Below, piece by piece: positions 17,307 to 27,534 of a stretch of 64,000 nt of DNA (positions are counted from its first letter, which is position 1; the number at the start of each line of letters is the position of its first letter). The stretch lies in IMG/VR virus record IMGVR_UViG_3300014205_000180, positions 1 to 64,000 of that record; one strand, written 5' to 3'. The notes below the pieces were generated by a model. The model was not told where the DNA came from, did not search any database, and saw nothing but the letters and a program-made list of their open reading frames with translations. This DNA comes from a virus. Its lineage: Duplodnaviria; Caudoviricetes. The translations under genes were made by a program, and so were the position numbers.

Positions 17307-17722
17307 TATTTAATTCCTTCTAACAATTTTTTAGAATGATTTTTTGTTTCTTCAATAGCTAATTTTAATTCTGCTTCATACTCAGCAATATTAATATTTT
17401 TACCATTGCTATTAAATCTAAGTTTTAATAAAACACTCCTTTTAAGCATGGAAGATCTGACAGCAGTTAAACGATTATAATCGAATTCATATAACATTTT
17501 TGCAATAGCGCTAGTTGTAGCTTCAACAGTATTTAAGCCACCAGAACGAACAGCTGTTTGAATAGCATGAACTATTTTAGATGCTTGATTATTATAAAAT
17601 GTCATCTTACCACCACCATCAAGATGAATTCCTTTCATCAAATTACCAATTAATTCAGAATTTGACTCCTTGAAAATTTCTTGGACAGACTTAGCTTCAC
17701 CGATTCTTCTTGATTCAGACAT
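17306..17722 (-). CDS. hypothetical protein
   Basis: 138-aa ORF with AAGGAG SD. Confidence 0.7.
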   Translation of the reverse strand: MSESRRIGEAKSVQEIFKESNSELIGNLMKGIHLDGGGKMTFYNNQASKIVHAIQTAVRSGGLNTVEATTSAIAKMLYEFDYNRLTAVRSSMLKRSVLLKLRFNSNGKNINIAEYEAELKLAIEETKNHSKKLLEGIK

Positions 17723-18194
17723 GTTTACTCCTTTGGTTGTTATTATAAAATACTCTATTTAAACTGTTCCTATTTAAATAAGCAGCATATTCTGTATCAC
17801 ATTTACTAGAACAGCAAGTTTTATTATGAAAACAATATTCGCCACAGTTTGGGCATAAACCTGTTGGTTCTATGCTTCCTTCATTCCATGGCTTATACTC
17901 ACCACCACCCTTAGTCGGGAATTGCCCGCACGTTGGGTCGATTATTTCACCACCATTATCGATTAACCACCAATGTTGTCTTTCTCCCCAGATTGCATCA
18001 AAATAATGACCTCTGACACGAATTAATTCTGGAAATACCTTCTGCATTTCCAATGTTGCTTCTGCACATTTGCCATATGGATCATTATCCAGACACCATC
18101 TATTCATCCATTCACGATACTTTGGTTGCATGCTTGCTTTTATTTTTTGACTTACATGATAGACCGTTGTTAAAATTAAAACATTTTTTACCAC
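17715..18194 (-). CDS. conserved phage protein with putative Cys-His-Asp papain/transglutaminase-like triad
   Basis: GKCAEA, QHWWL and IIDPT motifs plus C-terminal CPNCG...C zinc motif. Confidence 0.55.
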   Translation of the reverse strand: MVKNVLILTTVYHVSQKIKASMQPKYREWMNRWCLDNDPYGKCAEATLEMQKVFPELIRVRGHYFDAIWGERQHWWLIDNGGEIIDPTCGQFPTKGGGEYKPWNEGSIEPTGLCPNCGEYCFHNKTCCSSKCDTEYAAYLNRNSLNRVFYNNNQRSKHV

Positions 18195-18211
18195 AATACG
18201 GGCAAATTAAT

Positions 18212-18424
18212 TTAGTTTTCATTGTTACGCCTGTTTTTAAATAACATGAATGCATCATTTGTGTCTTTCCAGCCATATATGTAACGCATCGTTGTCATTT
18301 CTGTTCCTAAACTACCTAATAGGTATTCACATACTTTAAAATTTCTAGCCATGCGAGCTAGTCTAAGACCACGCTTAATAGTTTTCTCTCTAATTTTAAA
18401 GAAATCAAACATTAACTTTATCAC
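18212..18424 (-). CDS. hypothetical protein
   Basis: 70-aa ORF within an operon-like run. Confidence 0.5.
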   Translation of the reverse strand: MIKLMFDFFKIREKTIKRGLRLARMARNFKVCEYLLGSLGTEMTTMRYIYGWKDTNDAFMLFKNRRNNEN

Positions 18425-18614
18425 GCTTCGTTGAAAATGGTATTACATGACCAAAACGTCTGCAGAATTCTGCATGTGCATGAGCGCATCTTGGACAATA
18501 ATCTTTATTATCTGTTCCGTGTTTCCATCCATTTTTTGAACGTTTTGATAAATCAACTTTGTGATGACAAGTATCACAAGTAATAATCGTTATTGTTTTA
18601 GTGGTAGCAGTCAT
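18405..18614 (-). CDS. small zinc-finger protein
   Basis: CDTC...GW...DYCPRC motif. Confidence 0.6.
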   Translation of the reverse strand: MTATTKTITIITCDTCHHKVDLSKRSKNGWKHGTDNKDYCPRCAHAHAEFCRRFGHVIPFSTKRDKVNV

Positions 18615-18916
18615 GATTTAATCAATTCATCGGCTTTTAAACGCCACGCCTTGAACATTTCTGTATTTCGCCATCCCCATTTTTTACTAGCTAAGTGTTC
18701 GGCTTTGTGATTATAACCAGATCCAGGAAGTATACCTGCAGTATGATTATCATAAAATGCAGCTTCAACAATTGGAAGCATATCATTTATTAATTCAATC
18801 GCCAATTTAAGTTTATCATTCTTGACTTCTTCGAGCATTTCGCTCAAAGTATCAAGTGCTGCCTTACGTTTTTCACGAAGCAAGGCAGCTTTAGCGGCTT
18901 CATCAATGGCGTCCAT
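18611..18916 (-). CDS. hypothetical protein
   Basis: 101-aa ORF translationally coupled on both sides. Confidence 0.65.
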   Translation of the reverse strand: MDAIDEAAKAALLREKRKAALDTLSEMLEEVKNDKLKLAIELINDMLPIVEAAFYDNHTAGILPGSGYNHKAEHLASKKWGWRNTEMFKAWRLKADELIKS

Positions 18917-19767
18917 TATTGCAACCTTGACTCAGGATATTCATCCCAAGTGCGCCCATTTAGGATTCTACCAGCAGCCACCTTGCCAACTCTTTCCACT
19001 TCATCAGATACGTTACTAGCAGGACCCCATTCGCCCCACTGTTTAAATAAAAACTTTATTCCAAGAGAAACAGACTGATCACGTAAAGATCGCGCCCATT
19101 TAGGTTCCATGTGGCGAGCTTTAGGTCCGCTCTCTCCGCCAACAATAATCCAATCAAGATTGTATTTTTCGCCTTTATATAACTTAGTGATATCAATATC
19201 ATGCAATAAAGGTTCGCAACTGATAAAGTGAACAGCAGCAGGAACCTTGAGAAGCTCAGGAATCCTTTCCTCGGCGTAGCTCTGATTCTCAACTGATGTA
19301 CCAAGCCATACGTTATGACGCGTTTTTTCAAACCAACTCTTCGGAATCATCTTAGCGATATTCTTAGGACGTTTAGTTAATAACAACCAATCAAGATGAG
19401 GGCAATTCTGTATTAAATTAAATAAATCATCACGCCATTTATCATCGACTTCATCATCAAACACATCTGATAACGAAGCACAAAATACGCGTGGGCGATT
19501 AAACTGGCCTAAATCTTTACCAAGATTTGTTTCATCCTGCCAATCAATATAATCGTACATCGCATTCTTATCCCACTGAAGAGGCTTGTTCCAGTTCGAT
19601 GTTGAAGTACGCTGGCGAGGATTTCCAGCGCCCCAAATTACGCCATTCTTTTTATGACTCATATCACGTTCAGCATAACAATTAGTGCATGCTGGCGATA
19701 CTTTAGTACACCCAACCCACGGGTTAAAGGTGTGAGTGGCCCATTCAATTTTGGTGTTTGCGCCCAT
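18916..19767 (-). CDS. DUF5131 (phage Gp37/Gp68) family protein
   Basis: TKIEW-x-TFNPWVGCTKVSPACTNCYA, LLLTKRP, WIIVGGESG and FKQWG motifs. Confidence 0.9.
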   Translation of the reverse strand: MGANTKIEWATHTFNPWVGCTKVSPACTNCYAERDMSHKKNGVIWGAGNPRQRTSTSNWNKPLQWDKNAMYDYIDWQDETNLGKDLGQFNRPRVFCASLSDVFDDEVDDKWRDDLFNLIQNCPHLDWLLLTKRPKNIAKMIPKSWFEKTRHNVWLGTSVENQSYAEERIPELLKVPAAVHFISCEPLLHDIDITKLYKGEKYNLDWIIVGGESGPKARHMEPKWARSLRDQSVSLGIKFLFKQWGEWGPASNVSDEVERVGKVAAGRILNGRTWDEYPESRLQ

Positions 19768-19771
19768 ATTG

Positions 19772-21103
19772 TTACCTTGTTATAGTGTGAACGATTGGAT
19801 TGTAAATGCCGCCAGTTACTCTACTACGATTATCTAAGCCATATGGTTTATACTCTATTAAATAGCCTTGCTGTTGATCTTGTTTATAGTCCCATTCCCT
19901 CCAGCCACCAAAGCTATTTAACATATTGTGAGAATCCTTTGATCCTACTCTTATACGATTATTTGAGCTAGAATTTTGATTAATTGTTGTTATCGTATAA
20001 TAAAATATCCTACCGTTGGTAGAATAGTGACGAGTACGATATTTAGTATAATTTTCATACGATCCATCTTTTTTCCGCCTTGTGGCAGGTTCTGCTACTT
20101 GTTCGCTATGACTAAAAGTTGTATCATCATATGAAGTAGAAGAAACATATATCAATGTTTGCGATTTAATTTCTTCATTATAACTAGATAATCTATCTAA
20201 AAACAGATTTCCAGCTTCATATCGAGATAAAGCTTTAGCTTGATGTGATAATAAAGAATTGTATGCATCATTATCATATTTCCCATCATCTTTTATAGGA
20301 ACATACCAATGAATATCATCATTAATACTCTTTACAATGCTATATGATTCACGTGCATGATCATACAATTTAAATGCGATGTCTTTAATATCATCTGATT
20401 TTGCAACTTTATTGATTTCATCTAAAATCGATTTTGCAGCTAAATATTTTATGCCCATATGATTATTAAGATTAGGGTCATTAAGAGAATTTAAAGCAGT
20501 TCTATTTCTTTCATTTTCTTGAGGAATAATATTTAACAAATCTTTACAATACTTGTTAATATTATTTAAATCATCTGGTAATTCAATACCGGAAGGAATT
20601 GGTTTTTTAAGAATAGCTTTTAAAGTCATTTCATTTCTAATTGCACGATCCCTAATTTGATTACGACCTTCACAAAAATTAACAATTGTATCGATTTCAT
20701 CTTGACAATTTTTTATTCTTTCCAGTGGAGTTAAATAGCCATTCTTTTTGGCTAAAACATCAAATCCAATTTCGAGTTTTGAACGAACTAAATCAGTTTC
20801 GCCAAGTGAAGAATATGAACTAATATCAGCATCAAGTACCGGAATTTTATTTTTAATATTTAGTATGCTATCATTTATTTTGTTCTTTTCACTTTGAACT
20901 AAAATAAAGCTAATACTTTCAATTTTATTATTTGTTGAATTAATATTACCTTTTAAAAGCAATAAAGCTTTATTAGTTTCTTCAACAGCAGCTTTAGATT
21001 TATATGATTGATATACTTTTACAATTGATATAGTTATTAATACTACAATTAGTAGAATTATTCCAATCCAAATAATGTGGGCTGGCTTTAACCTATCATT
21101 CAT
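19772..21103 (-). CDS. membrane-anchored coiled-coil hypothetical protein
   Basis: 443 aa with N-terminal TM helix. Confidence 0.7.
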   Translation of the reverse strand: MNDRLKPAHIIWIGIILLIVVLITISIVKVYQSYKSKAAVEETNKALLLLKGNINSTNNKIESISFILVQSEKNKINDSILNIKNKIPVLDADISSYSSLGETDLVRSKLEIGFDVLAKKNGYLTPLERIKNCQDEIDTIVNFCEGRNQIRDRAIRNEMTLKAILKKPIPSGIELPDDLNNINKYCKDLLNIIPQENERNRTALNSLNDPNLNNHMGIKYLAAKSILDEINKVAKSDDIKDIAFKLYDHARESYSIVKSINDDIHWYVPIKDDGKYDNDAYNSLLSHQAKALSRYEAGNLFLDRLSSYNEEIKSQTLIYVSSTSYDDTTFSHSEQVAEPATRRKKDGSYENYTKYRTRHYSTNGRIFYYTITTINQNSSSNNRIRVGSKDSHNMLNSFGGWREWDYKQDQQQGYLIEYKPYGLDNRSRVTGGIYNPIVHTITR

Positions 21104-21128
21104 AATAATTTATAACACAAACAATCAT

Positions 21129-21599
21129 TTAATTAATCCTAGGTCTACGCTTTAATTTAGCCCCAGGCGGTTTATATTTCATATTATTCTTTTGATGATA
21201 ATAATCTAACCTATTCCATAATTCTAGACAAACTCCTTGATTAATAATTATCGCAGGGTTGTCATTTTCTCTAGCAGAATGAATAGCATACATCATGTCA
21301 GATATTTTATCTTGTTCAAGTTTTCTAGCTAAATAATCAGTTTGAATTTCAATTTCTTCTTTAGTTAAAAAACCAAAACTTTTTAATGCTTCAAAAATTG
21401 CTGGTGCCCAAGTCCTTACACCACTACAATAAACCTTTCTATTTAATGGTACACAATTAGTATAAAGAGCACCTTTCTTGCCCATTATTACGGTAATACC
21501 ACCACATTTAAATATTTTACCTTCGACTTTTAATTGCTCTGGTATCGGTTTAAAATCAATATTACCAATTTTTCTAACTGGACTAGCCATATAACCCAT
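21129..21599 (-). CDS. hypothetical protein
   Basis: 156-aa ORF with AGGAGA SD. Confidence 0.7.
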   Translation of the reverse strand: MGYMASPVRKIGNIDFKPIPEQLKVEGKIFKCGGITVIMGKKGALYTNCVPLNRKVYCSGVRTWAPAIFEALKSFGFLTKEEIEIQTDYLARKLEQDKISDMMYAIHSARENDNPAIIINQGVCLELWNRLDYYHQKNNMKYKPPGAKLKRRPRIN

Positions 21600-21608
21600 G
21601 ATAATCTC

Positions 21609-21941
21609 CTAAACCTTTAAATACCTTGGCTCTTTCCATAATGGAATATCATCAAATTTATTGCCGTCATTAAACAATGGCTTAAATCCAATGCATACTT
21701 CAATATTGTCAAGTGTGCTTTCGGTAAAAACACGGTGTAGTCCAATATTCCTACAGAGCTTAAATTGCTGAATATTGATAGCTTGATGTAAAATCTTTAC
21801 AAATGAAATCTTTTCCCAAGCTTGAGTAACTGGATCGTCCTTAAAAGTTAAATAAGTGCCTAACGGGGCATGCATTGCCGAAATCATTGCCACAGCAATT
21901 GAAATATCTGGTCTAAGAACTAAATGCATTTTTATGGTCAT
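21609..21941 (-). CDS. Pth2-like peptidyl-tRNA hydrolase (copy 1, uninterrupted)
   Basis: KMHLVLRPDIS...AMHA, W...FVKI, CIGFKP and C-terminal PLW fit the PTH2 fold pattern. Confidence 0.6.
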   Translation of the reverse strand: MTIKMHLVLRPDISIAVAMISAMHAPLGTYLTFKDDPVTQAWEKISFVKILHQAINIQQFKLCRNIGLHRVFTESTLDNIEVCIGFKPLFNDGNKFDDIPLWKEPRYLKV

Positions 21942-22414
21942 TTTGGAATATTAATTTTTGGCTTAACTTTTACAAATCCTGTTCCGCTACATACATGACA
22001 AACATGAGAACCTTCTTTATCTTCAATCGAACCATTGTTACAATTTAAACATCTATATTCTTTTGGTTTACGTTCCTCTTTAGTATATCCGTTACCACCA
22101 CATTCATTACATCTTTCTGGCACATTATTGCTATCAACAACTACTCCTTCATTACAATTTTCACATCTATATTCACTATTTCTAATAACTAGTTGACACT
22201 TGTTTAATAAGACGTGCCTAAAATATATCGCAGCTAAACTTTTAGCCTGCGATTCTGATAAGTCAGTCATCTTTCCAGATGCACCAATCCTGCAAATTGT
22301 CGCAACAAAATCAAGTTCCCAATTGCTTAACGATTTGTTTATTTTAAGATTATTATTTTTAATTTGTGCATCAAGAACCTCTTTAATAAAAAATGCCGCT
22401 CGTTCAATGTTCAT
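21938..22414 (-). CDS. DnaJ-type zinc-finger-containing protein
   Basis: Repeated CxxCxGxG motifs (CNECGGNG, CHVCSGTG). Confidence 0.65.
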   Translation of the reverse strand: MNIERAAFFIKEVLDAQIKNNNLKINKSLSNWELDFVATICRIGASGKMTDLSESQAKSLAAIYFRHVLLNKCQLVIRNSEYRCENCNEGVVVDSNNVPERCNECGGNGYTKEERKPKEYRCLNCNNGSIEDKEGSHVCHVCSGTGFVKVKPKINIPK

Positions 22415-22746
22415 TTTAAATCCTTATTTTCTTTGCTGCTTAACTTAATTAAGTTAGATCTAAATTTAACAACACTTTCTTCTCCAATAGGATTAAATTC
22501 TAAATCTTTTTTACCAGTAATTTCTTCAATTGTAATGAATTTTAAACATTTTGCTATTCCATCATAACTTAAGTCATATATGTAATTAGACCATATCCCA
22601 TTATGAATACATTTTGCCATAATTTTCTTATTATCCATGATTGAATAAAGATTTAAACGATTACTATTATTAATAAGATCAATACGTCCACCAAATTTTA
22701 AAACATTAACAAGTGACTCCATAAATACTTTACGAGATATTTTCAT
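22411..22746 (-). CDS. hypothetical protein
   Basis: 111-aa ORF. Confidence 0.6.
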   Translation of the reverse strand: MKISRKVFMESLVNVLKFGGRIDLINNSNRLNLYSIMDNKKIMAKCIHNGIWSNYIYDLSYDGIAKCLKFITIEEITGKKDLEFNPIGEESVVKFRSNLIKLSSKENKDLK

Positions 22747-22950
22747 GTAACTTTATAAAAAATCAGTGCTTGTTATAAACTAATAGGAATATGGTATGAA
22801 TATTAAAACAACAATTATGATTTTCATCATTGTGGTCTTGTCGTGCGCAGTTTATGGTTTTTATGTAAAGAATAAGAATATTGAAGAAAGTTTAGAAAAA
22901 GAAAAGGCAGCCGCTTATCTGAATGGTTTTACTGATGGTGTAATCAAGTA

Positions 22951-23172
22951 ATGAAAGAAGCATCAGAATCAAGAATTATAGAATTATTAGACGCTGGCTG
23001 GCGTCTATTTGGTACTCCGCATATGCGTGGACCAAAAGGCAATATCGTTCAAGTCCATCGCGGGACTTTCAAAAGAATGTTAAAAAACAATAAAATTAAG
23101 TCTGTTGATTCTCGTACTTCTCATGAATATATTAAAGTTATCTTGCCATCCCAGCCATCTGAGCAGACTTAG
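22951..23172 (+). CDS. hypothetical protein
   Basis: 73-aa ORF. Confidence 0.5.
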   Translation: MKEASESRIIELLDAGWRLFGTPHMRGPKGNIVQVHRGTFKRMLKNNKIKSVDSRTSHEYIKVILPSQPSEQT

Positions 23173-24358
23173 CGCTTCCTTCAAGAACCATTTCTATATA
23201 GTCTTTTACCGTAGCTCCGCCAGTTACTTTGGCCCCTTTGAATACCTGTTCAACCGGGGAGTCTGGTGATATTCCAAGTTTTTCACAGAATCCCATAAAC
23301 TTAGCGATGTATTTATCAGGATCGTTAAGATATTGTTCAGCAAGTCTTGGATCTCTTAAAGCTGATGTGACCTTACCAAGAGTACCCTTAAGCTGTTCTC
23401 CCTGAGTGAACATATCTGCCGGGGCAGCAGCCGCAGCAGAACCAGCATCAGCGGCAGCGGCAGGTGCGGCTGCTGGTGCTTGAGCAGCATCTGCACCACC
23501 CTGTAATTGCACACCATTTTCAACAGCAGCTTTCGCTATTTCTGCTTTTTGTGATACTATCATGTTATAAACATCACCACCTACAGATGCAGCACTGAAT
23601 ATACCAGTTCCAAGTTGCAAAATCCCCAAGGCTATTTGCCACTTACTCTTGTCCTTACCCTTAACAAGCTCATCCTTTAACTTCCTGCTGCCTTTATACA
23701 TATTCCAAATGCCAAATATTGCTTTAATAACCATTCCAATGGCTGGAAATGCAGAGGCTACAGTCATCACAACGCCAAGAGCGGCAAGAATTATAATCAT
23801 CTTCTGGCCTGGATGGGCCTTCATATATTCACTAACTTTACCATAAAATTCTTTTAATTTAGCTATGATTCCCTTCTTCTCTTTTTCATCTAATTTCTCA
23901 CCAGATTTTGCTTTAGACATCGCATTAGCATCACCGCCAAAATCGCCGCCACCCATTCTCTGGTCAGCCTTACCCCTCATATCAACAGTTTTATTTGGAT
24001 CAAATTCAGCTTTTGCGCCCTTAGCCTTCACTTCTTTTTGGGCAGGAGCATCAACCTTTTCCATCGCTTCAGCATCACCACCAAAATCACCACCACCCAT
24101 TCTTTGATTTGGATCAAACTTTTCGAATATATTATATAATTTATCGACAGAATTATTAACGAACAGGTTCTGAATTAACAGGAAATTTTCTGATATTACT
24201 TTATATTCAGTTATGAGACTTTTTGAGGCGCTAGGAAAACATTTCTTTATTTCACTCTCAGTTATGATATCAATTTTTTGTGATTTAATAGATTCAATAA
24301 TGGCAATCTGACCATCTCTAAAATATTTAGAGTCAGCCGATATTGATGATAATTTCAT
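23138..24358 (-). CDS. membrane-associated or virion-internal protein with internal repeat
   Basis: 406 aa; QRMGGGDFGGDA occurs twice; 2-3 hydrophobic helices; Ala-rich linker. Confidence 0.7.
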   Translation of the reverse strand: MKLSSISADSKYFRDGQIAIIESIKSQKIDIITESEIKKCFPSASKSLITEYKVISENFLLIQNLFVNNSVDKLYNIFEKFDPNQRMGGGDFGGDAEAMEKVDAPAQKEVKAKGAKAEFDPNKTVDMRGKADQRMGGGDFGGDANAMSKAKSGEKLDEKEKKGIIAKLKEFYGKVSEYMKAHPGQKMIIILAALGVVMTVASAFPAIGMVIKAIFGIWNMYKGSRKLKDELVKGKDKSKWQIALGILQLGTGIFSAASVGGDVYNMIVSQKAEIAKAAVENGVQLQGGADAAQAPAAAPAAAADAGSAAAAAPADMFTQGEQLKGTLGKVTSALRDPRLAEQYLNDPDKYIAKFMGFCEKLGISPDSPVEQVFKGAKVTGGATVKDYIEMVLEGSAKSAQMAGMAR

Positions 24359-24376
24359 AAATTTATATTTTACAGA

Positions 24377-24697
24377 CTAATGATATCTATCTAACTCCTT
24401 CCAAACTTTATCGGCAGCTTCCCACATTTTATCAGCTTCTTCCCACATCTTTTTCTGATCTACATCATTAATATTAAAATTAGACTTTATTTTATTGGCC
24501 ATATAGGCTACGATCTTAGGAGTCTCCCCTTCAACAGTTATCTTAATTTTTTCACCGCTTTTATGGGTAATATCAATAACAGCAGAACAGTAACTTATAT
24601 GTCGTTTAGTCTTTTTCTTGAATGGCCAAAGTTTACTTAGCATGTTAATCCTAAAATGAATAGCTTTTACTAAGATCTGGCTTATCATCACTATCAT
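24377..24697 (-). CDS. hypothetical protein (start probably at MLSKLW)
   Basis: C-terminal KMWEEADKMWEAADKVW repeat. Confidence 0.55.
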   Translation of the reverse strand: MIVMISQILVKAIHFRINMLSKLWPFKKKTKRHISYCSAVIDITHKSGEKIKITVEGETPKIVAYMANKIKSNFNINDVDQKKMWEEADKMWEAADKVWKELDRYH

Positions 24698-25238
24698 AAT
24701 TAGGAATAACTATATCAGCAAACCATTTTGTAGGTTCAATATATTTTTTATAGCTGACTTCAGTATAGTAAGAATGATTGAGTATAAATTTTAAATCCGG
24801 TGTTCTTTCTTTAGTATCTCTTTTTAGTCTTCTTGATATTCTTACATCAAATGGTGCTTCAACAAAAATTTTAAGATCAGCAAATTGATGAAGTCTTTTA
24901 TCAAGAGCGAACAAACCTTCAAAAATTATCCATCTCCAACTGTGACTTTTACCAATAAATTTAAACTTTTTTACTTTTTGAGTCTTAAAATCATATTTAG
25001 CTATTGTAGTATTAGTGCCATGTAATATTGCATAACATATTTTATGATAGTCATTTATCCATTCATCAAAATCAACTGATTTTGGATTGTCCCAATCTGG
25101 AATTCCACCTTCTAATATCTTGAATGGCCCGCGAAAATAATTATCCATACTAAGTACATAAGCACCCCTAAACATTGCAGCTATAAGAGTTTTACCACTG
25201 CCACTACCACCAGCAATTAAAGCTACTTTTAATCTCAT
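24651..25238 (-). CDS. udk: uridine/cytidine kinase
   Basis: IAGGSGSGKT P-loop, MDNYF, EGLFAL, RRLKRD and IEPTK-x-ADI motifs. Confidence 0.85.
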   Translation of the reverse strand: MRLKVALIAGGSGSGKTLIAAMFRGAYVLSMDNYFRGPFKILEGGIPDWDNPKSVDFDEWINDYHKICYAILHGTNTTIAKYDFKTQKVKKFKFIGKSHSWRWIIFEGLFALDKRLHQFADLKIFVEAPFDVRISRRLKRDTKERTPDLKFILNHSYYTEVSYKKYIEPTKWFADIVIPNYDSDDKPDLSKSYSF

Positions 25239-25750
25239 TTTTTATTTGGAATGGCGTCTATATCAAATACTGGCAAATCACGATCATTAAAATTCCATGG
25301 TCTTGGATATAAAAATCCTTGACCACCAGCTTTTATAAATGATCTTACATTATCTGCTTTATCGTCAATTAAAATAGAATCTGGACTGACATATTTCCAT
25401 TTTTCAGTATCAAAACAAATTGGCGTAATTGGTTCTCGTGGAAGCCATTTATCAATCCATTTGATTTTACCAATTGCTGCATCTGAATTAAAAACAGCAG
25501 TTAGAATTGTAATATCATCCTTAGCTTTTAAAGCTTTATATAATTCAATACCATCTTTATCTGGCTTCATGTTCGACCAATAATTTTCGCCAGCATTGCT
25601 TAATATGATATGAAATTGTTCTTCAGTTTGACCAGTGAGCTTCCATATATCCCACTCTGTAATATCATCAAACTTCAGTTTAGAATTAACTAATTCAAGA
25701 TACGCATCTGTGAAATTAACTAATGGTCCATCCATATCCAATAAAATCAT
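25235..25750 (-). CDS. 5'(3')-deoxyribonucleotidase (HAD, NT5C-like)
   Basis: LDMDG, ILTA, K-x-W, LIDD-x-N and PWN motifs. Confidence 0.85.
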   Translation of the reverse strand: MILLDMDGPLVNFTDAYLELVNSKLKFDDITEWDIWKLTGQTEEQFHIILSNAGENYWSNMKPDKDGIELYKALKAKDDITILTAVFNSDAAIGKIKWIDKWLPREPITPICFDTEKWKYVSPDSILIDDKADNVRSFIKAGGQGFLYPRPWNFNDRDLPVFDIDAIPNKK

Positions 25751-25762
25751 AAACTAAATTTT

Positions 25763-26311
25763 CTAATCACCGTATGATTCATATTCAGGTTTAGTTACTT
25801 TAGACATGTAAGTCATAACTTCATCAAGGTTAAAGGGCCTGTAATCGCCAAGTAGCAACTTGGCGTTATCAACACCAACATCTAAGATCTTGCCATTAGC
25901 CTTATATTGGCCATGTGAATGACCGTGAAGATGGATACTACCATAATGGCAACAATCCCACCTAGCAATAGGATGATGGAATAGAATGATCTTCTCTTTG
26001 TTTACTCTTAACTTATGGTACGATTTAATCCAATTGAATTTGTTTAACTTTCGATATTTATTCTCATACTCATAGTCATGATTACCCATGATCAGATGTT
26101 TCTGACCACTCAAAGAATTAAGGATTGGTTCAATTAGCTTAATATTGAAGCTAAAATCGCCAAGATGGAAAACAATATCAGTAGGTCTTACGATCCTATT
26201 ATATTTCTCCATCAACATATAATTCATCTCATCAACGGTTTTAAACTCCTGCCGGTACTTCAGCAAGTTCTTGTGAAAATAGTGGGTGTCAGAAGTGAAC
26301 CAGTAATCCAT
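25763..26311 (-). CDS. calcineurin-like metallophosphoesterase
   Basis: SDTH, LGDF, GNHD, HGHSH and DVGVD motifs. Confidence 0.9.
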   Translation of the reverse strand: MDYWFTSDTHYFHKNLLKYRQEFKTVDEMNYMLMEKYNRIVRPTDIVFHLGDFSFNIKLIEPILNSLSGQKHLIMGNHDYEYENKYRKLNKFNWIKSYHKLRVNKEKIILFHHPIARWDCCHYGSIHLHGHSHGQYKANGKILDVGVDNAKLLLGDYRPFNLDEVMTYMSKVTKPEYESYGD

Positions 26312-26349
26312 AATAATTTATAACAAAATAACATTTGCTATAAATATGA

Positions 26350-27006
26350 ATGATATTGGTTACTAGCCATCCGCCTGATTTTGACATAACTAAAGAAAAA
26401 TCAGACTTATCAAAATCACCACAGTTTAAAAAACCGTTTGATTCGATGTTCGAAAATGCTTATAAATGGCTGTTCAATAAAATTGGTAAAAGTGAATTAA
26501 TTTGGTGTTATAAAGATTCTGGAGTTAATCCGTCTCATGGTCATGAGAGAATAACTTGGACTCTTAATGTTCCAGATGATCGTTGCATTGTCATTAATGC
26601 CCATGCCTGGGACTGTGTTATAAATAAATGGCCATTTTACAAAGATGAATTAATAAAAGATATTTCTGATGAAGATTATGATAAATTAATGGAGTCTCTT
26701 AAAGGAACAGAAGAAAAATCATGGCATGACAATATTTTTAATGCAGACGGTGAAAGAGTAGAAGTATTGATAGATTCGCCAGTAGCAAAAGAATTTGTCA
26801 TTAAAACAGAATGGGTTTGTGATTATGATTTTGAAATGTTCAAAGAAAAAGATGGGATAATTAGACAATCATACTATGATGAAAAAGAACTTAATAAATA
26901 TGTTGAAATATATGAGAGCGCATTAAAAGGCAGAAAAATGGACTACAAATTAAGTATCAAAAAATCAATACAGGATAATAGCTTTTTATTAAATATAGAC
27001 TGGTAA
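26350..27006 (+). CDS. DUF3841-like hypothetical protein
   Basis: AYKWL...IWCY...WDCVIN...SW...IF pattern. Confidence 0.5.
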   Translation: MILVTSHPPDFDITKEKSDLSKSPQFKKPFDSMFENAYKWLFNKIGKSELIWCYKDSGVNPSHGHERITWTLNVPDDRCIVINAHAWDCVINKWPFYKDELIKDISDEDYDKLMESLKGTEEKSWHDNIFNADGERVEVLIDSPVAKEFVIKTEWVCDYDFEMFKEKDGIIRQSYYDEKELNKYVEIYESALKGRKMDYKLSIKKSIQDNSFLLNIDW

Positions 27007-27176
27007 TCAAGTCTTTGGCCGCTTTGATTCTTTAATTTTCTTCAAGATCTTTTTCATAGTACGAATGCGTGGAATTTTTGACTTATTACGCATCTCTTTA
27101 GCTTTTTGAATATTGTCCATCTTTATATCAATTGGGTGCATGCCTAATCTTGGATCTGGAGGATTCATGTTTTACC

Positions 27177-27527
27177 TCAATAAAATGATGGTGGAAGGAC
27201 ACAATGCTTACTGTCGTCTGGTACTCTTTCATCCCAAAATATAGCTTGCATTATTGGATCATTCATTAATTTAAATGTTTCCATCGTTGATTCACTAAGA
27301 TGATCCCTCAATTGTGTTGAGCAGATCCAATACTGACTACCAGCTTCAGGATGCTTATCTAAAATTCTAAGATTTTGAGCTAATTTTTTTAAGGTTTTTT
27401 CGTCGGCTAAACCAATTTGATATTTCGTTTCAAGTAATTTTAAGCATTCATATTTTGCTGCAGCATAATCCTCACGCATCTGCAGCACATTTTTGGTATA
27501 GGTTTTAGAAAGATTAGGCAGCTTCAT
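27177..27527 (-). CDS. hypothetical protein
   Basis: 116-aa ORF. Confidence 0.65.
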   Translation of the reverse strand: MKLPNLSKTYTKNVLQMREDYAAAKYECLKLLETKYQIGLADEKTLKKLAQNLRILDKHPEAGSQYWICSTQLRDHLSESTMETFKLMNDPIMQAIFWDERVPDDSKHCVLPPSFY

Positions 27528-27534
27528 ATTTTAT

